From the NCBI GenBank assembly GCA_012295275.1, contig CM022668.1, positions 15,624,001 through 15,688,000 on the forward strand: a stretch of DNA of 64,000 bases, written 5' to 3'. A program made the translations under genes and the position numbers. Origin of the DNA: Chrysomallon squamiferum. Taxonomy: Eukaryota > Animalia > Mollusca. Of this stretch, positions 13,955 through 27,975 are shown piece by piece. The notes under the pieces are model-generated. The model was not told the origin of the DNA. It worked only from the letters and a program-made list of their open reading frames with translations, and searched no databases. The number at the start of each line of letters is the position of its first letter. The first letter of the stretch is position 1.

Positions 13955-15940
13955 TAACCTCCACTGTAATCTATGAATATATAGAAATCTGCGCTCATTC
14001 ATACTCACACTGTATAATGATAATGATGATGATGTTGATGAAGATGATGATGATAATAACATCAAGAAAACAACACTTATAAGAATCATAATAATGGCAG
14101 AAAGAAAGAATATAGGAACACACACACACAGAACACGCACACAAATCTCAATAGAGCACAATTCGACACCTTTCATTCAAAACGAAACGAAAATCATGCT
14201 TACACAACCACGACAAACTACCAGGACAAGTCTGACAGTACTGACCTCCTGTGGAGCTCGAGAGCTCGAGATCTCGCGAGATCTCGTCTTGACTTGCGCG
14301 GGAGATATCCAATTACAGGTCCGCGCATGGCTTGGCTAAACTTCATTAATATGACAGTCGCGTTGTTCCCGTGTATACTGTAACAATGACACAAATTGAC
14401 GAGTATACATCATAATGAGGCCCTTAACAGGCATCACCAGACCGGGTAAACAGTCTCCTTTTTACCGTTTAAGTGGCCCGTTTGTTCAGCGCAAGATCTC
14501 GGACAACACCGCCAAAATAACGAAAAGTGTAAATTCCGCCTTCTCATTGAGCGCTCCTCCCCGTTACCAGTTGTGCTTTTACGACAGTCGTGTTTTTTTT
14601 TTTTTGACAGTCAATACACATCGAAGAAGAAGAAAACTTATCTTTTGTCTACGATGCTAGTTGATGAAATATTCACTACTTCTGCAATATTAATGAGGGA
14701 AAAAAGGACATTTTTTTATATTTTTTTTTTTTTTTTAAATATTTTCTCCGGGTTTTTTTGTATTGGACATTCCATAACTTTAGATGAGAGATGGAAGCAG
14801 AATGACATATATATATATATACTGGTCTTTGAAAGGGGGAGGCGGTTTATGCATTTTATTATTGTTAGCGTTTTTTTGTTTTATTCTTTCTTTCTTTATT
14901 TGTTTCTATAGTTATTACACATACACATCACACACACACACACATAGGTACGCACACAGGTACGCAGACCGATCTATCTGTTGTTCCAATCAGACACCCC
15001 TATTTCCTTAAATTATGGATTCGTCCCTTGTACATTTGTTTTTCAAAATCGATTTTAATGCGTTAAAAATGATATATGTCAATATTCTTATCGGCAGCAA
15101 TTTGGAATTGCTATAGAATTTTCTTCTATCTTTCTTTCTTTCTTCTTTCTATTTTTTTGCTCTGAAGGTCATATTAATGTTGGTTTAATTATTGTTTTTA
15201 TTATTTTGTTTCCTGTTATCATCTATAAAAGAAAATATTTTTTATTAATTTTTTCTTATTTTTTTCTTATTTGGTTTATTTATTTATTTATTTATTTATT
15301 AACATTTTCTGTTTAACGATTCAGTATTTGATCTATTTTCTTTCTTTCTTTCTTTTTTCTTTCTTTTACATAATAGAGTTTCCAAACACGAAACAGTTTC
15401 CTTGTAACTATTTTATGCTGTCATATGCTGTACTATGTCAGTGAAATTTTCCGTTTAACTACTTGCTTACGAAATGCCATAATAAATACCACTCTATGAC
15501 GTCGACGGTTCTTTTCTGTTAACCTTTTGCTCAGTTAATATAGAACAGTTATTTTTTTCATGAGCTTTTTTATCAAAAATAATTATATCACTGATTCCCA
15601 GCGATTCTTCTGTCTTGAACTTTATAATTATAGTTACGTCAGATTAATTCGTAATTCATTTAAAAATAAAAAAATAAAAAATTATATTGCTGTAGCAACT
15701 GCATAGAACCATTGGCTATGTTTAACTTGTTTATATTAATTTCCTTTATCAAGATTTTTTCGGAAACGAAAACAAATTTCACTTACATATATATTTGTCG
15801 TTAAATTTAAATAATTCATACATTAATACACACACACATACACACACACACACACTCATTTTATACAGGCATATATATTTATATATATATATATATATAT
15901 ATTATATACATACATAGAGATATAGAACTGCCAATAAACA

Positions 15941-15983
<43 letters not shown>

Positions 15984-16842
15984 GTCATCATCATCATCAT
16001 CATCATGAGAACAAACAAACATAATTTCTGACGTAACCTACTTATACACATAAAAACAAAAACAAAAAAAAGAAGTCAGTTGGAAAATATTAACGTTTTC
16101 TGCACCCGACACTTTTTTTTTTTTTTACCAGACGTCAAAAAGTGGCAAGCGCGCGAAAAACAGTCGAACCACGCACGCGCTCACTCGCTCGCTGGCTGGC
16201 TAGCTAGCGTCTGCTACATGTTTTCTTTTATCTCGACTTGTCCGACACAATACCTCGAGGATAAGAGATCTCCTATTTACAGCGTTTGTCTAATCAGAAA
16301 CGCGATATACAATTAAAGAATGCGAATGCATGGCACAAATCAGCCGGCTTCTTTCCGACACTTCAGAATGGCCGTCTGTAGAAGCTAGGGGTTTGAAGCT
16401 ATCGGTGCGCCTGGAGAAAAATAAAGCCGTGTTTTCTGACAAAATACGATATAAATAATCATTTCTCCGTTCCTTTCAAGCTTCGCTTTCGGTATTTAGA
16501 CTGAGTCATTCAAAACTTCCGTAGACAAAAGTGTTTTGCGTTTCCCCCACCGAATCTTCGTAGTAATCTACAAGTTTAAAGTTAAAAGAGATTTTGCATG
16601 CAGAATGTTTGTTGCTTAACTTTGTGTAATGTGTGTTGATTCAGATACGTGCTAGCAGAATGTATATTCTGTGTCGAAAAATAATTTAGTAAATTCGATT
16701 TAATAGGCGAATTGGATGTATTGTTGTCCTGCAGATATAACATAACTATAAGATTATACGTTACTAATCAGTGATTTGAAATTTTAAATCTCTGTTTTGG
16801 TTGTGAAGTGAAATGTGTACATTTTCAATCTAAAACACTTAC

Positions 16843-16855
16843 CTGCTCGATTCGC
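16843..16855 (-). other. Candidate 13-nt micro-exon
   Basis: ttattttgttctgtattcttcAG|GCGAATCGAGCAG|GTAAGT on the - strand. Confidence 0.35.
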
Positions 16856-17074
16856 CTGAAGAATACAGAACAAAATAAATGTTACCTACACCACTTTACC
16901 AATCGTATCCTTGTTCATGTATGTACGCGAAAACGAAACAATAGAAAAAGAATCAATTATTTACCATGAAATGAAATCTGCTTCTCAACTTCCAGTTCTT
17001 ACTGCAAACTCTCCTTGCATCTGTTAATTTTTATTGTTAAATGATAGGTATGTAAAATAATATATATACACTAG

Positions 17075-17085
17075 CATACATACAT

Positions 17086-17148
<63 letters not shown>

Positions 17149-17225
17149 TACATACATACATACATACATACATACATACATACATACATACATACATACA
17201 TACATACATACATACATACATACAT
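17075..17225. repeat. (CAGA)n/(CATA)n compound microsatellite
   Basis: Direct inspection. Confidence 0.95.
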
Positions 17226-18091
17226 AGCTATTAGTCTATACATATACATACATACACACATAAATACACACACACACACACACACACATACATATGCACA
17301 CACTCTCTCTCTCTCTTCTTCTTCTTCTTTTCCCTTAGTAATAAAAAAATTACATTCATAAAAGATCATTAAATGACAAAACACATATACAAAAATCACC
17401 CCCACCACACACACAGACACACGCACGCACACATACATTATAGTTTAGACAATACGTTTTTCATTAATACCTCCAGAAGAAAATCATTAATATGCGTTAC
17501 TGATAAGAAAAGCAGCGAAAGACACGACTGAAATACATTTAATATTTAACAAGCCAGAACAGACCATCTTTCAGCATACTCCATCTTAAATAATTAATCA
17601 AAAGACATAAAGGCATCAGTTTATGAATTTCACTTCACTCGAAAGTATAAACGTTTGCATTTCATTCTGGAAGAGAAAAAAAAAAAAAAAAGCTGGTTTC
17701 TCAACTGGAGAGTAGATTATGTTTTATCAGTTTGAGAAATCGAAATTTTTTTATACCCAGTGTATCCGCGACAAAAGGAAATTTCATCCGCCATGTTTTA
17801 TTTATCGCAGCTTTTATTTTAGTAAGAACAAAGACTGAATAGTCTTAATGTGGAATAATGTGGGTTATATATTTTTTTTATCTGTTTGTTTTGTTTGTTT
17901 GTTTGTTTGTCTGTTTGTTTAATTGATTGGCTGTATGTGAATTTTTTTGTTTTGTATATTCGTTTTTTTTTTTTTGTTTTTAATTAATTAATTTTTTTAT
18001 TTATTTATTTATCTGATTTTTTTTTTTGGATTTATTTTGTTTCTTTATTTAACTGGTTGGTTCTGTGTTACTTTATTTTTATCTTTGTTAT

Positions 18092-18155
<64 letters not shown>

Positions 18156-18747
18156 TCATTTATTCAAACATATATCTATCTATCTACATTTATTTATATT
18201 CTCTAGTCTTAAAACTAAGCAACAACGCCATTCCAGTTCGTGTGTGTGTGTGGCCAGATTTATTCAGCTTGACTGGTAAACGCAAAGAAACAGATTCGTC
18301 GCAACACGAGCAGAAAAACCAGTCTTCGCGTAACGGCAGGGAACATGTCGCGAGATGTCACACGCTGGACGAGATTAGCGACACTGCGTCATGTTTCCGA
18401 CCAGCCCGATAAACCGAACTGCACTCACGCAATCGTCGTTTCGACTCGATTTAGAGCGACCTCTATACACAGCGTGTTTGGTCTTCGCAGTTGACAAACC
18501 ACCTGTCGTTACCCGACCTACTTTTTTTTTTTTTTTTTACACAGAGCTGGAGATTCCAAGATGGCAGCCGAAGACGTCTGCTTAATGGCTGGATGTTAAG
18601 CTTCCGTGTCACTGGGTTTTTTTTTTGAGGACTCAGTTCTCGACTCGGTAAACCAACAAACTGATACCTGTCTTGACACCTAGAACTGTTTGTAATTAGC
18701 ACAGTCGATATGTGGTGTGGTGGTTTTTTTTTTTTTATATGGAGACG

Positions 18748-18854
<107 letters not shown>

Positions 18855-19108
18855 ACAAAGAGATGTTTATAAGTAAATAACTGAAGAAAAAAAAAAAAAT
18901 TTATTTCTAAAGAAGTTGACAGGGAAAGGAACAGAAGGAAAGAAAGTAAAATTACAGATGTCTCGTATTGTGAAGTATTTTCACCTGTTTAATTTCACAT
19001 TTTTTTCGTTCTTGTTTATATACACATTCATAGTATGAATGAGTTTGGCACATTCACATATACATGCATCACGATATCATCTAGAGGGATGTAAATAACT
19101 ATACTTAC

Positions 19109-19174
19109 CATACAGATTTCTGACACAGTTAGTGGTAACAACATGAAACCGTATCCTGATGTATTCATGCGCCA
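19109..19174 (-). other. Candidate 66-nt internal exon
   Basis: Acceptor gtctttttcccccAG and donor ATG|GTAAGT. Length is a multiple of 3 and two of three frames are open. Confidence 0.45.
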
Positions 19175-19372
19175 CTGGGGGAAAAAGACACAGTAGTATG
19201 TCACAATGAACCGTATTTAAAATAATACAAAATCAACACTAACAATACGAAAATATCACTGCACTAATAAGCAACGTTCACGTGACCCGAGGCCAGCCAA
19301 TGAGCGTTGAGTAAAACCAAGAATTACCCAATCTTTGCTTTCTACGTCATTACTGTGACACGATGACCTAAA

Positions 19373-19404
<32 letters not shown>

Positions 19405-20624
19405 CTTCTCCGAAGTTATTAGGTCACAAACAAGACAAACATACTATCAACAAAAGTTACTTGAGAACCCGATTTTATCATGGCATTTTCTCTCAGTCGT
19501 ATTTGTCGAATATTTTCAGAAGAACGTTTTCCTCAAAGCGCTGCCAGATTTTTTGTGGGGGCTGTGACAGACGCAGTTGTGTCCCTTGGGCGAAGTAATG
19601 GACGCAAGATGAACGTCAGAGGCCGGAAGGGATGCGACGTATTTGTGAAGAGGCACGCGCTATTTAGAAGTATTTCTCTAGTTTGACTTCTTCGCTTTTT
19701 AGATGAATGTAAATGAAAAGTAATTCTACTTCAGATGTTTTGTTCTTGGTTAGTTTGATTATTATTTTTTTTTTTCTTTTTTTTTATTTTCTGGATGTAT
19801 ATATATATTAATGAAAAATGTATAAAACACAACATCTGAAGTTATATAAGATTATTCAAAGTGAAATGCTTCTGAAGGAAAGAAGACTTACTGAATAACC
19901 TAAATGGATGAATGAATAAACGACTGAATGAGTGAGTGAATGAACGTTTGACCGACTGAATGAATCCATATAGTGATTTCCAAACAAAAGTTTTCAGTCT
20001 TTATAAATTTACAACGCAACACTTTTAATACAGCATTATTAAGAAATAACAAAACCTTTGTTATGAAAGTCCTATACCATCTGAATAAAACATCTTTCAT
20101 TTAATTATCACTGAAAAGAAATCCATGCAAAACAGTTTTAAGCAAATTATCGAAAAATCAACATATTTTTATTCGATCGTATAATTTGAATTGATTTTTA
20201 TTTTCTTCTTCTTTTTTTTTTCTTTCTTTTTTTTTTTTTTTTTTGTATTTGCGTGTCAACCATATTGACGTACATCGTGGTACAAATCAAAACAAAATAT
20301 TTGTAAAAAAAAAAAAAAAAAAAAAAATGTTTTCTGTTTATTTTCTTCATCAGTCACAACGTACAAACGAGAGGACACGAAGTGGGCCGAGTCTGCGTGC
20401 TACGCCAACTTGAATTGTGATAATGTAAACAAGACGAAATATCAGAAATATTAATAGAAAACAAAACAGCTGGCCCGACTACCCTCGGGGTCCGAACGTC
20501 TGTGTGGGAAGCAAAGTTTAAATACAATTATCGCCCCTTAGCAGATCTTCAGTCGTCATGGCGTCAACAAACTGAGTTTTGTAAATATTTTGTTGTAAAA
20601 ACGAACCCGAAGTGCCGCTATGAA

Positions 20625-20680
<56 letters not shown>

Positions 20681-20861
20681 TAATAATAATAACAGTAGTT
20701 TCACAATTTTATTTGTTGCTGTTCTGGTAGCTGAAATAGTAGTAACAGTAGTAGTAGCTGTAGTATTAGCAGTAGTGGCTATTGTTGTAGTAAACAGTAG
20801 TTGTAACAATAGTAGTAATATAGTAGTAAAGTAGTAGATATTGTAACAGAGTTAGAAGTAG

Positions 20862-20900
<39 letters not shown>

Positions 20901-21235
20901 ATGCCGTTGTTAGTGTTGCGAAACAAAAAAAAAAGCTGTAGTAAAATATTTAATTTCTGATAATAAAATATTAGATTTCAGAATATTAATCGACTTTCCA
21001 CATTGAAAAAAAAAAAAAAAAAAAAAAAAAAAACATCTTAGGCCAAAGCACGTTTTTCTGGACAGCACTGAAATGAAATAGTTTCAGTTTAGTAGGTATA
21101 ATAAAACAGGACATTATATGAAACTGAGGAGCATCGGTTGAATTAGTATAAAACTTAGATAGACATTTCTGCAATAAACCATGCACGTCCTTTTGGATTT
21201 CAAATAAATTTTAACCATAAAAACCTTGTGTACGT

Positions 21236-21344
<109 letters not shown>

Positions 21345-21803
21345 TATAAAATAAAATATTGCTGGTACATTAAAAAGAAACTTCTACAAATTATCAACAG
21401 TTTGTACTGGCTTTTTTAACACTAATACAAAGAATTCTATTCATTGTTCGCTATTTTTTTGTTTAAATTTATATTTTGTAGTATTTGTGTTGCTACGTAT
21501 CGTTGTAATTCGATTGACTTCTGTTGTATTTTACATTGCTGTGCATTCTGTGTTGATTTTTACTGTGCTCTGTTCTATTGTATTGCATGACGTATTGTAT
21601 TATGTTGTACGTGTGTTGTCCTATATTGTATATATTGTACTTGTATTGCACTGTATTGTTTACCGTTTGTATTTAATTATTCTGTATTTAACGTACTGAA
21701 CCGCTATGGACAGATCTGCTTTGATGTGTACTGCATTACATTTCGACGATTTATATCGATTACGGCCAACACTGCGGTTAGTTTTGTAAAAACCAGTCTG
21801 CCG

Positions 21804-21860
<57 letters not shown>

Positions 21861-21974
21861 ACACAAGCACGCAAACAATTACGCACGCACGCCCACTCGT
21901 ATTGCGGTTCGTTAATGACACTAAAGCAAAGATTAAACATTAAAAATTAAAAAACAAAGCAATATCAATAACAA

Positions 21975-22100
21975 AAAAAAAAAAAAAAATAAATAAATAA
22001 ATAAAATAAATAAATAAAATAATAATAAATGAATAAAATAAATAAATACATAAATAAATAAATAAATAAAATAAATACATAAATATATAAATAAATATAA

Positions 22101-22135
<35 letters not shown>

Positions 22136-22320
22136 ATATAATAAATAAATAAATACATAAATAAATAAAATAAATAAATAAATAAATAATATCAAATAAA
22201 ATAAAATAACAATAAAATAAATATATTAATGCATAAATAAAATTTAAAAAAAAATAAAAATAAATAAATAAATAAAAAAAAAACAACAACAAAAAATAAA
22301 AAATAAAAAAATAAAAAAAA
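21975..22320. repeat. (TAAA)n degenerate A-rich tract
   Basis: Direct inspection. Confidence 0.9.
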
Positions 22321-22951
22321 TGCTGGCATGTGACAGAACTGCAAAAATTTTTTATCATCTGTTTCTCTCTATTGTTCCAACACTGCCACATTTACGTGCG
22401 CCAATAAGACAAAACCTGGCAGATAAAATCCTGTATATAATTGAACTCTTGCGGGAACTAAAGTCACGTAGATAACCCCTCGGCCACTTTCCTACATTTT
22501 AATCATCTGCCTACGAGCAACGAACTCAAAGAAAAACCTGAAGTAGTGTGGGAAAAAAAAAATTAATGATCATTAATTGCCCTGGGGTGGGGCGTCCGTG
22601 TCCCGACCCGTGCCGCGTTCGTAGGGCGTGACGTCACAGACTGGGGGTGACTTGGGAACGTGATGTTGCTGTTGTTTGTGATCAGAGTATTGCCGATCAA
22701 ATGCAAAGAGAGAGAAGAGAGAAATGATGGGGAAAAACAAAAAGGAAAAAAAAAAAATCGATAATAAGTTCTGTGCGAAAACGCGAGATATGAAGACAGT
22801 ATTGAGCGTTTAGTAATGTTTGATCAGATCGTATATATATATATATATATATATATCTAGATGTTATTATGATGACGTTCAGTCAGTAGTCATTGTCATT
22901 GGTGTTGCTGTCGTTCACATTGCTGCCGTAGCTGTTGCATTATTATTGTTA

Positions 22952-23001
<50 letters not shown>

Positions 23002-23313
23002 GATGTTATTGTTGTTGTTAATATTATTATTATTATTATTAATGTTAATGTTGTTTTTTTTTTTTTTCAGTTGTGGTATTATTGTCATTATTAATAAATA
23101 GTAGTTGTTGTTAGAGTTATTTTCCATGACGTCATCATTACTGCTAAGAAAACTATTACTGGTACAATTAATAATACAACAAGGTTAGGAGTTGTAATAT
23201 TTGTTATTAAACACATCAAAAGAAAAATTCATTCTTGTATACTCTGATGCATATGAATTGCTGAACATAAAAACAAATTATGGTAAACATATAATTGCTT
23301 AAATGATCTTATA

Positions 23314-23368
<55 letters not shown>

Positions 23369-23479
23369 TTAATATATATTATTAATACATCTCAGAACAA
23401 AATATATATCAGTGGATTACATCTTAACAGCAATAAATGATTGAATAAATAAATAAACCGATAACAATGATGATCAATA

Positions 23480-23554
<75 letters not shown>

Positions 23555-24031
23555 AATACATATGATTGATAATAACGACAAATATAAACGGTATGGATGC
23601 AAATCATACGAGCGTTAATTATAAATTTGTGACGTCACATCGCGTTACTAGTCAAAGCTTTCTGTTCATTCAAGTTTGTAACAAGCTTACTGAGCAAGAC
23701 GACGACTGAAAATCAGTCATGCTGTGTTTTGTTTACAAAACCGGGAAGTAATTAAAGGAAGTGGTAATTAGTTTTCAACACATAATTAATTCAATATTAA
23801 TCTGAGTGGATGAAATTAATGGATGTAATATTAATTGTTATTTACGGAAAACTGATTACAGATTATTCAGTGGTCCGAGTACAGAGACATGCATGTCCAT
23901 GATCACGTTTCCACGCACGTATGCACTCACTCACATACGCACACAATCACGTGCAAACACCTGTGTTATGTGGGCTAACACAGAGACAGAAATAAGATTA
24001 GAAATCGCATGAAAAAAACAAACAACGTGCA

Positions 24032-24072
<41 letters not shown>

Positions 24073-25244
24073 TATTAATAATTAGTACAGTGTGGTAGCT
24101 TACCGTTAATGGCATCCACGACCGTAATTGCTAGTACAGCATGCACACGAAAAGCCCCGTTAATAACCACAATAAACCACAGACACACCCACAGTTTGTT
24201 TGCAATGATTAGTTACGTTGTAAGTTCGTGAAGCATTCTTCAAACAAACGCGAGGAAAAAACACCCAAACGAAGAATGAAGAAATCAAGAACTGTCAGAA
24301 AAACACGTCCAGCAATTTTAACGCACTCCAAATCTTTATCAGACGAATTCCAAAAAAAAAAAAAAAAAATAATAATAATAATAAAAAAAAAAAAAAAAAA
24401 AAAAAAAAAATAGAGTAACACCAAAACTACGAAGAGTTTTGTCGACCGGAAATCAAAGCAAAGAACCGCAAAACTCTTCTGTTACTGAAGTCAAAATAAG
24501 AATCGCGATTTCGTTGAGATCTGAAGTTGAATAATAATATATATATATATGATATAAACGAGTTTCAGCAGAAAATGCTTATTTTTAGGGTCTTCAGAAA
24601 GCATTCGGGTAGTCAGTCACACTGTGAACACATGGCAGAAACTCGGCAAATAAAGCAACGAGCGAGAAAGGTTTGTTTTTCAAGGCGTATATCGTTTCAG
24701 CGTACGCCAGATACATTTGATACTGTTCTGCTAAAGGCATTTCCCCATCTCCTATACCGGTGTGTTTTCATTCACTGCTAAAGTATTATAAATATGCCCA
24801 CGGTACGGGGAGAAATGTGTGTATATTATGTGTCATGGATGGTGGGGGGGAGGGAAGGGGGGGGGAGGAGGGGGATATTATTAAATCGCGTGCGATTTGA
24901 GAACAATGCAGCGCATTTTTATCACTTATTGTCGAAGGAAATTGAAATCCGATGTCAATTCTCGCAGAACGTTTACCGTGCTCCTTTTTCTTTTTCTTTT
25001 TCTTTTTTTTTTTTTGCAGACGTACACCTGGTCATTACTTAATTTTTCTCCCCCCCGCACACACACCCCACACCCACACACACCGCGTCTTCTTCCAGTT
25101 ATCTCGTTAGTCTACTCTGATGTAGATTAAATAGCAAACACATCACACGTCTGATCAATGTATAACACATGCTCGTTATAATCTGCAGATTAATGTTCTG
25201 CATTTTCAAGTATAGTAATAACTGTATGAGGGTGTCACGATGGA

Positions 25245-25635
25245 TAATAGTATTAACAACAACAACAACAACAACAGTAAAAGTAACAGTAATAATAATA
25301 ACAACAATAACAATAACACCAACAACAACAATAATAATAATAATAAAATTAATAATAGCAATAATAATAATAATAAAAATAGCAATAATAATAATAATAA
25401 TAATAGCAATCATAACAGCAACAACAATAATAATAGCAATAACAACAACAGCAATAATAATAACGATATGAGTAATAACAACAATAATAACAACAACAAC
25501 GACGACGACAACAACAACAACAGCAACAATAATATAAATAATTATAATAATAATCGCAATAACAATTATAATAATTAGGATAAAAGTAAAAACAACAGTA
25601 ATAACAACGACGACGATAACAACAACAACAACAAC

Positions 25636-25675
<40 letters not shown>
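25245..25675. repeat. (AAT/AAC)n degenerate trinucleotide tract
   Basis: Direct inspection. It gives poly-I/V/N/L artefact ORFs. Confidence 0.9.
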
Positions 25676-25677
<2 letters not shown>

Positions 25678-25854
25678 GAGCTTCAGATTATCTAACACAC
25701 CTACGTCACGTCTTTCAATGTAGAACAAGTCTATTTCAGATTAATACCTTGAAGAATGACTTAACTTTCACAAAACCTATTGTCACAGACTATCGCTGTG
25801 CCGGGAATAATAATTAAAAGCCTTAAATAGATAAGACGTGTATCATAGCAACAG

Positions 25855-26030
25855 ACGATGTGACGTCACGACAGAAAATGCGACATCACGACTCCAGCGT
25901 GAATAGCGCGTCAGTGTAATAGAAAAATCGACGTCACGATGATAGCAAATGCGACGTCACCATCACACGTAATGCAATGTATGGTATAAGTTAAGACAAC
26001 GTCATCAGGTATATCAAGATGACGTAATAA
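25855..26030. promoter_or_regulatory. Homotypic cluster of CRE/ATF-like sites
   Basis: TGACGTCA at 25861, CGACGTCA at 25929 and 25952, ACGTCA at 25999, TGACGTAA at 26020. Confidence 0.45.
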
Positions 26031-26336
26031 TAATATTACGGATGATGGTAATGATTAACATTTCCTTTTTATGAGAATTATAGTTTATAATTTGTCTATA
26101 AGTGATTATATTGTTATCGTTATTAAACAATTTCTGTTAATTAAAAACTAATAGAGCTTTTTAAGAATGTTAGCTATATATAATGCAGGAAGCAGAAAAA
26201 TAAATAAATAATCAAACAAACAAATATTAATAATAATAATAAGAAGAAGAAGAACAACAACAACAAAAACAACAACAGCAATAATAATAATAATAATAAT
26301 AATAAAAATAATAATAATAATAATTAAAATAATAAC

Positions 26337-26384
<48 letters not shown>

Positions 26385-26495
26385 CTAGCAAAACATCGAA
26401 ACTATAATTTATTAAAAGGAAAAGAAACATAAATAATAAAATAATTAATAATTAATTAAACAAACATAATAATATCAACAACAACAAAACAAAAA

Positions 26496-26531
<36 letters not shown>

Positions 26532-27547
26532 AACAAAAGAATTAAAAAAAAAAAAAAAAACACGAAAAAACAAGAGCAAGAAAAACAAAAAAACAACAAC
26601 ATAACAATGAACTCTAACCTTTCCTCCAGCTTTGATTTAATATTAATCGATATTCTAAAATTATTTATTTACTTGCTTTGTCGCAGAAAGCTGAAGAATT
26701 GGGTCACCCGCTGTCCTACTTTCACACTCAATTTAAACAAGAAATCAATAAATCGAAAGTTTACTTTCCTATCGTCACTACAAGAAGGACGTAAACATGT
26801 AATGTTTACTTCCTTATCTGTTTCTTATTACAAGCTACAAAAACATATATATATATATATATATATACACGTCCTAGTACATAATATCTAAGGACATGTA
26901 GGTTCTTTTACACGATATACCAAAGAAATGAATAATAATACAGTAAGATTTAGAATAATATCTACGTTACTGTAATATATATATCTCTCTATACATATAT
27001 AAACGTTTGCGTATTAGTAGTTGTTTAATACACAGCAAAACAGAAATTCCAACATCTAGTACGACAATGTAACTCGCAAAGATCAATAAGCACGTGCGAA
27101 TTGCCGCTAAAGCAAATCTCGTCTGCTTCTTGTTTATTATCATTTCAGCAAAAACAGTGTTTAACCGGAACAAAAAAAAACAGAATAACAAATGATCCTT
27201 TTTATATTTGTAATGTTGACAAAAATTATTCCTTTCGAGTTACAAGTAATGCAACAAGCACGTTAATTGCCTCCAAAACCGAGATCCCCAACAACAAACA
27301 ACCTGTCGTCTGCTAATTTTGTTCCGCAAGCTAAAACATCGTCAGCAGACGACACAAAGTAAATATTTGGTGTGTAATTAGTAATCCCGAAACTGCCATC
27401 ATCAACGGGAACGACCCGTCGTGTTGTTGTCATACAAGCAAAAAGAGGGTGTCGCATGCAAAATAATTATAAAAAAACAAAAACAAAAAAATAAATAAAA
27501 AAGCAGAAGAGGAAATAAAGAATTTTTTTTTTTCTCTCTCCACTTAC

Positions 27548-27975
27548 CTGGAGTTTTGTCAACTATCGACTGCTGCTGTGGACGTCGTCGTTGGGGTTCG
27601 GACGAGGTAGTAGTGTCCCCCTGTCCGGACCGCAGAGCCACGTCGTTTCCAGGGACTGCCGATAGCATACAACGCACGACAGGTCTCGTTCAGCTTCCAC
27701 CATGCACGCTCGACCTTCCGTCTCGGAAAATTGGACCATCATAAGTCTATATTTCACTATCATCGTAACTCAGGGTCTAAGGGAACGACCGTGACGTCAC
27801 GCCGCATCGATGCTGACGTCACGGCCTTTCAATATACATTCCTCGTAATTGGAACTGTAGAGACGTGTGCAGCGATTGGCTCTCGGTGCAGATCTCCCTT
27901 GGTTGGCTGTGTAGCTCCACGTCGTCAGAGTCCAGCAGTGAAGCAGCAGTGACGTCACGTTCCTCGCTGACGCAA
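27548..27975 (-). promoter_or_regulatory. CRE/CCAAT-rich promoter plus candidate first exon of an unidentified - strand gene
   Basis: TGACGTCA at 27792, 27814 and 27950, half-CRE near 27968, NF-Y-type AGCCAATCG (- strand) near 27875. GC-rich segment ending in a consensus donor CCAG|GTAAGT (exon end 27548). Confidence 0.6.

Noticed and set aside
19101-19110. ATACTTACC resembles the U1 snRNA 5' end
   Set aside because: The downstream sequence is not U1. It is better explained as the complement of a - strand splice donor.
27548-27975. Idea that the CRE-clustered internal promoters belong to a CREB/CREM (ICER-like) gene
   Set aside because: I found no KID (RRPSY), Q-rich or bZIP exon on the - strand in the window. 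The gene identity is left open.
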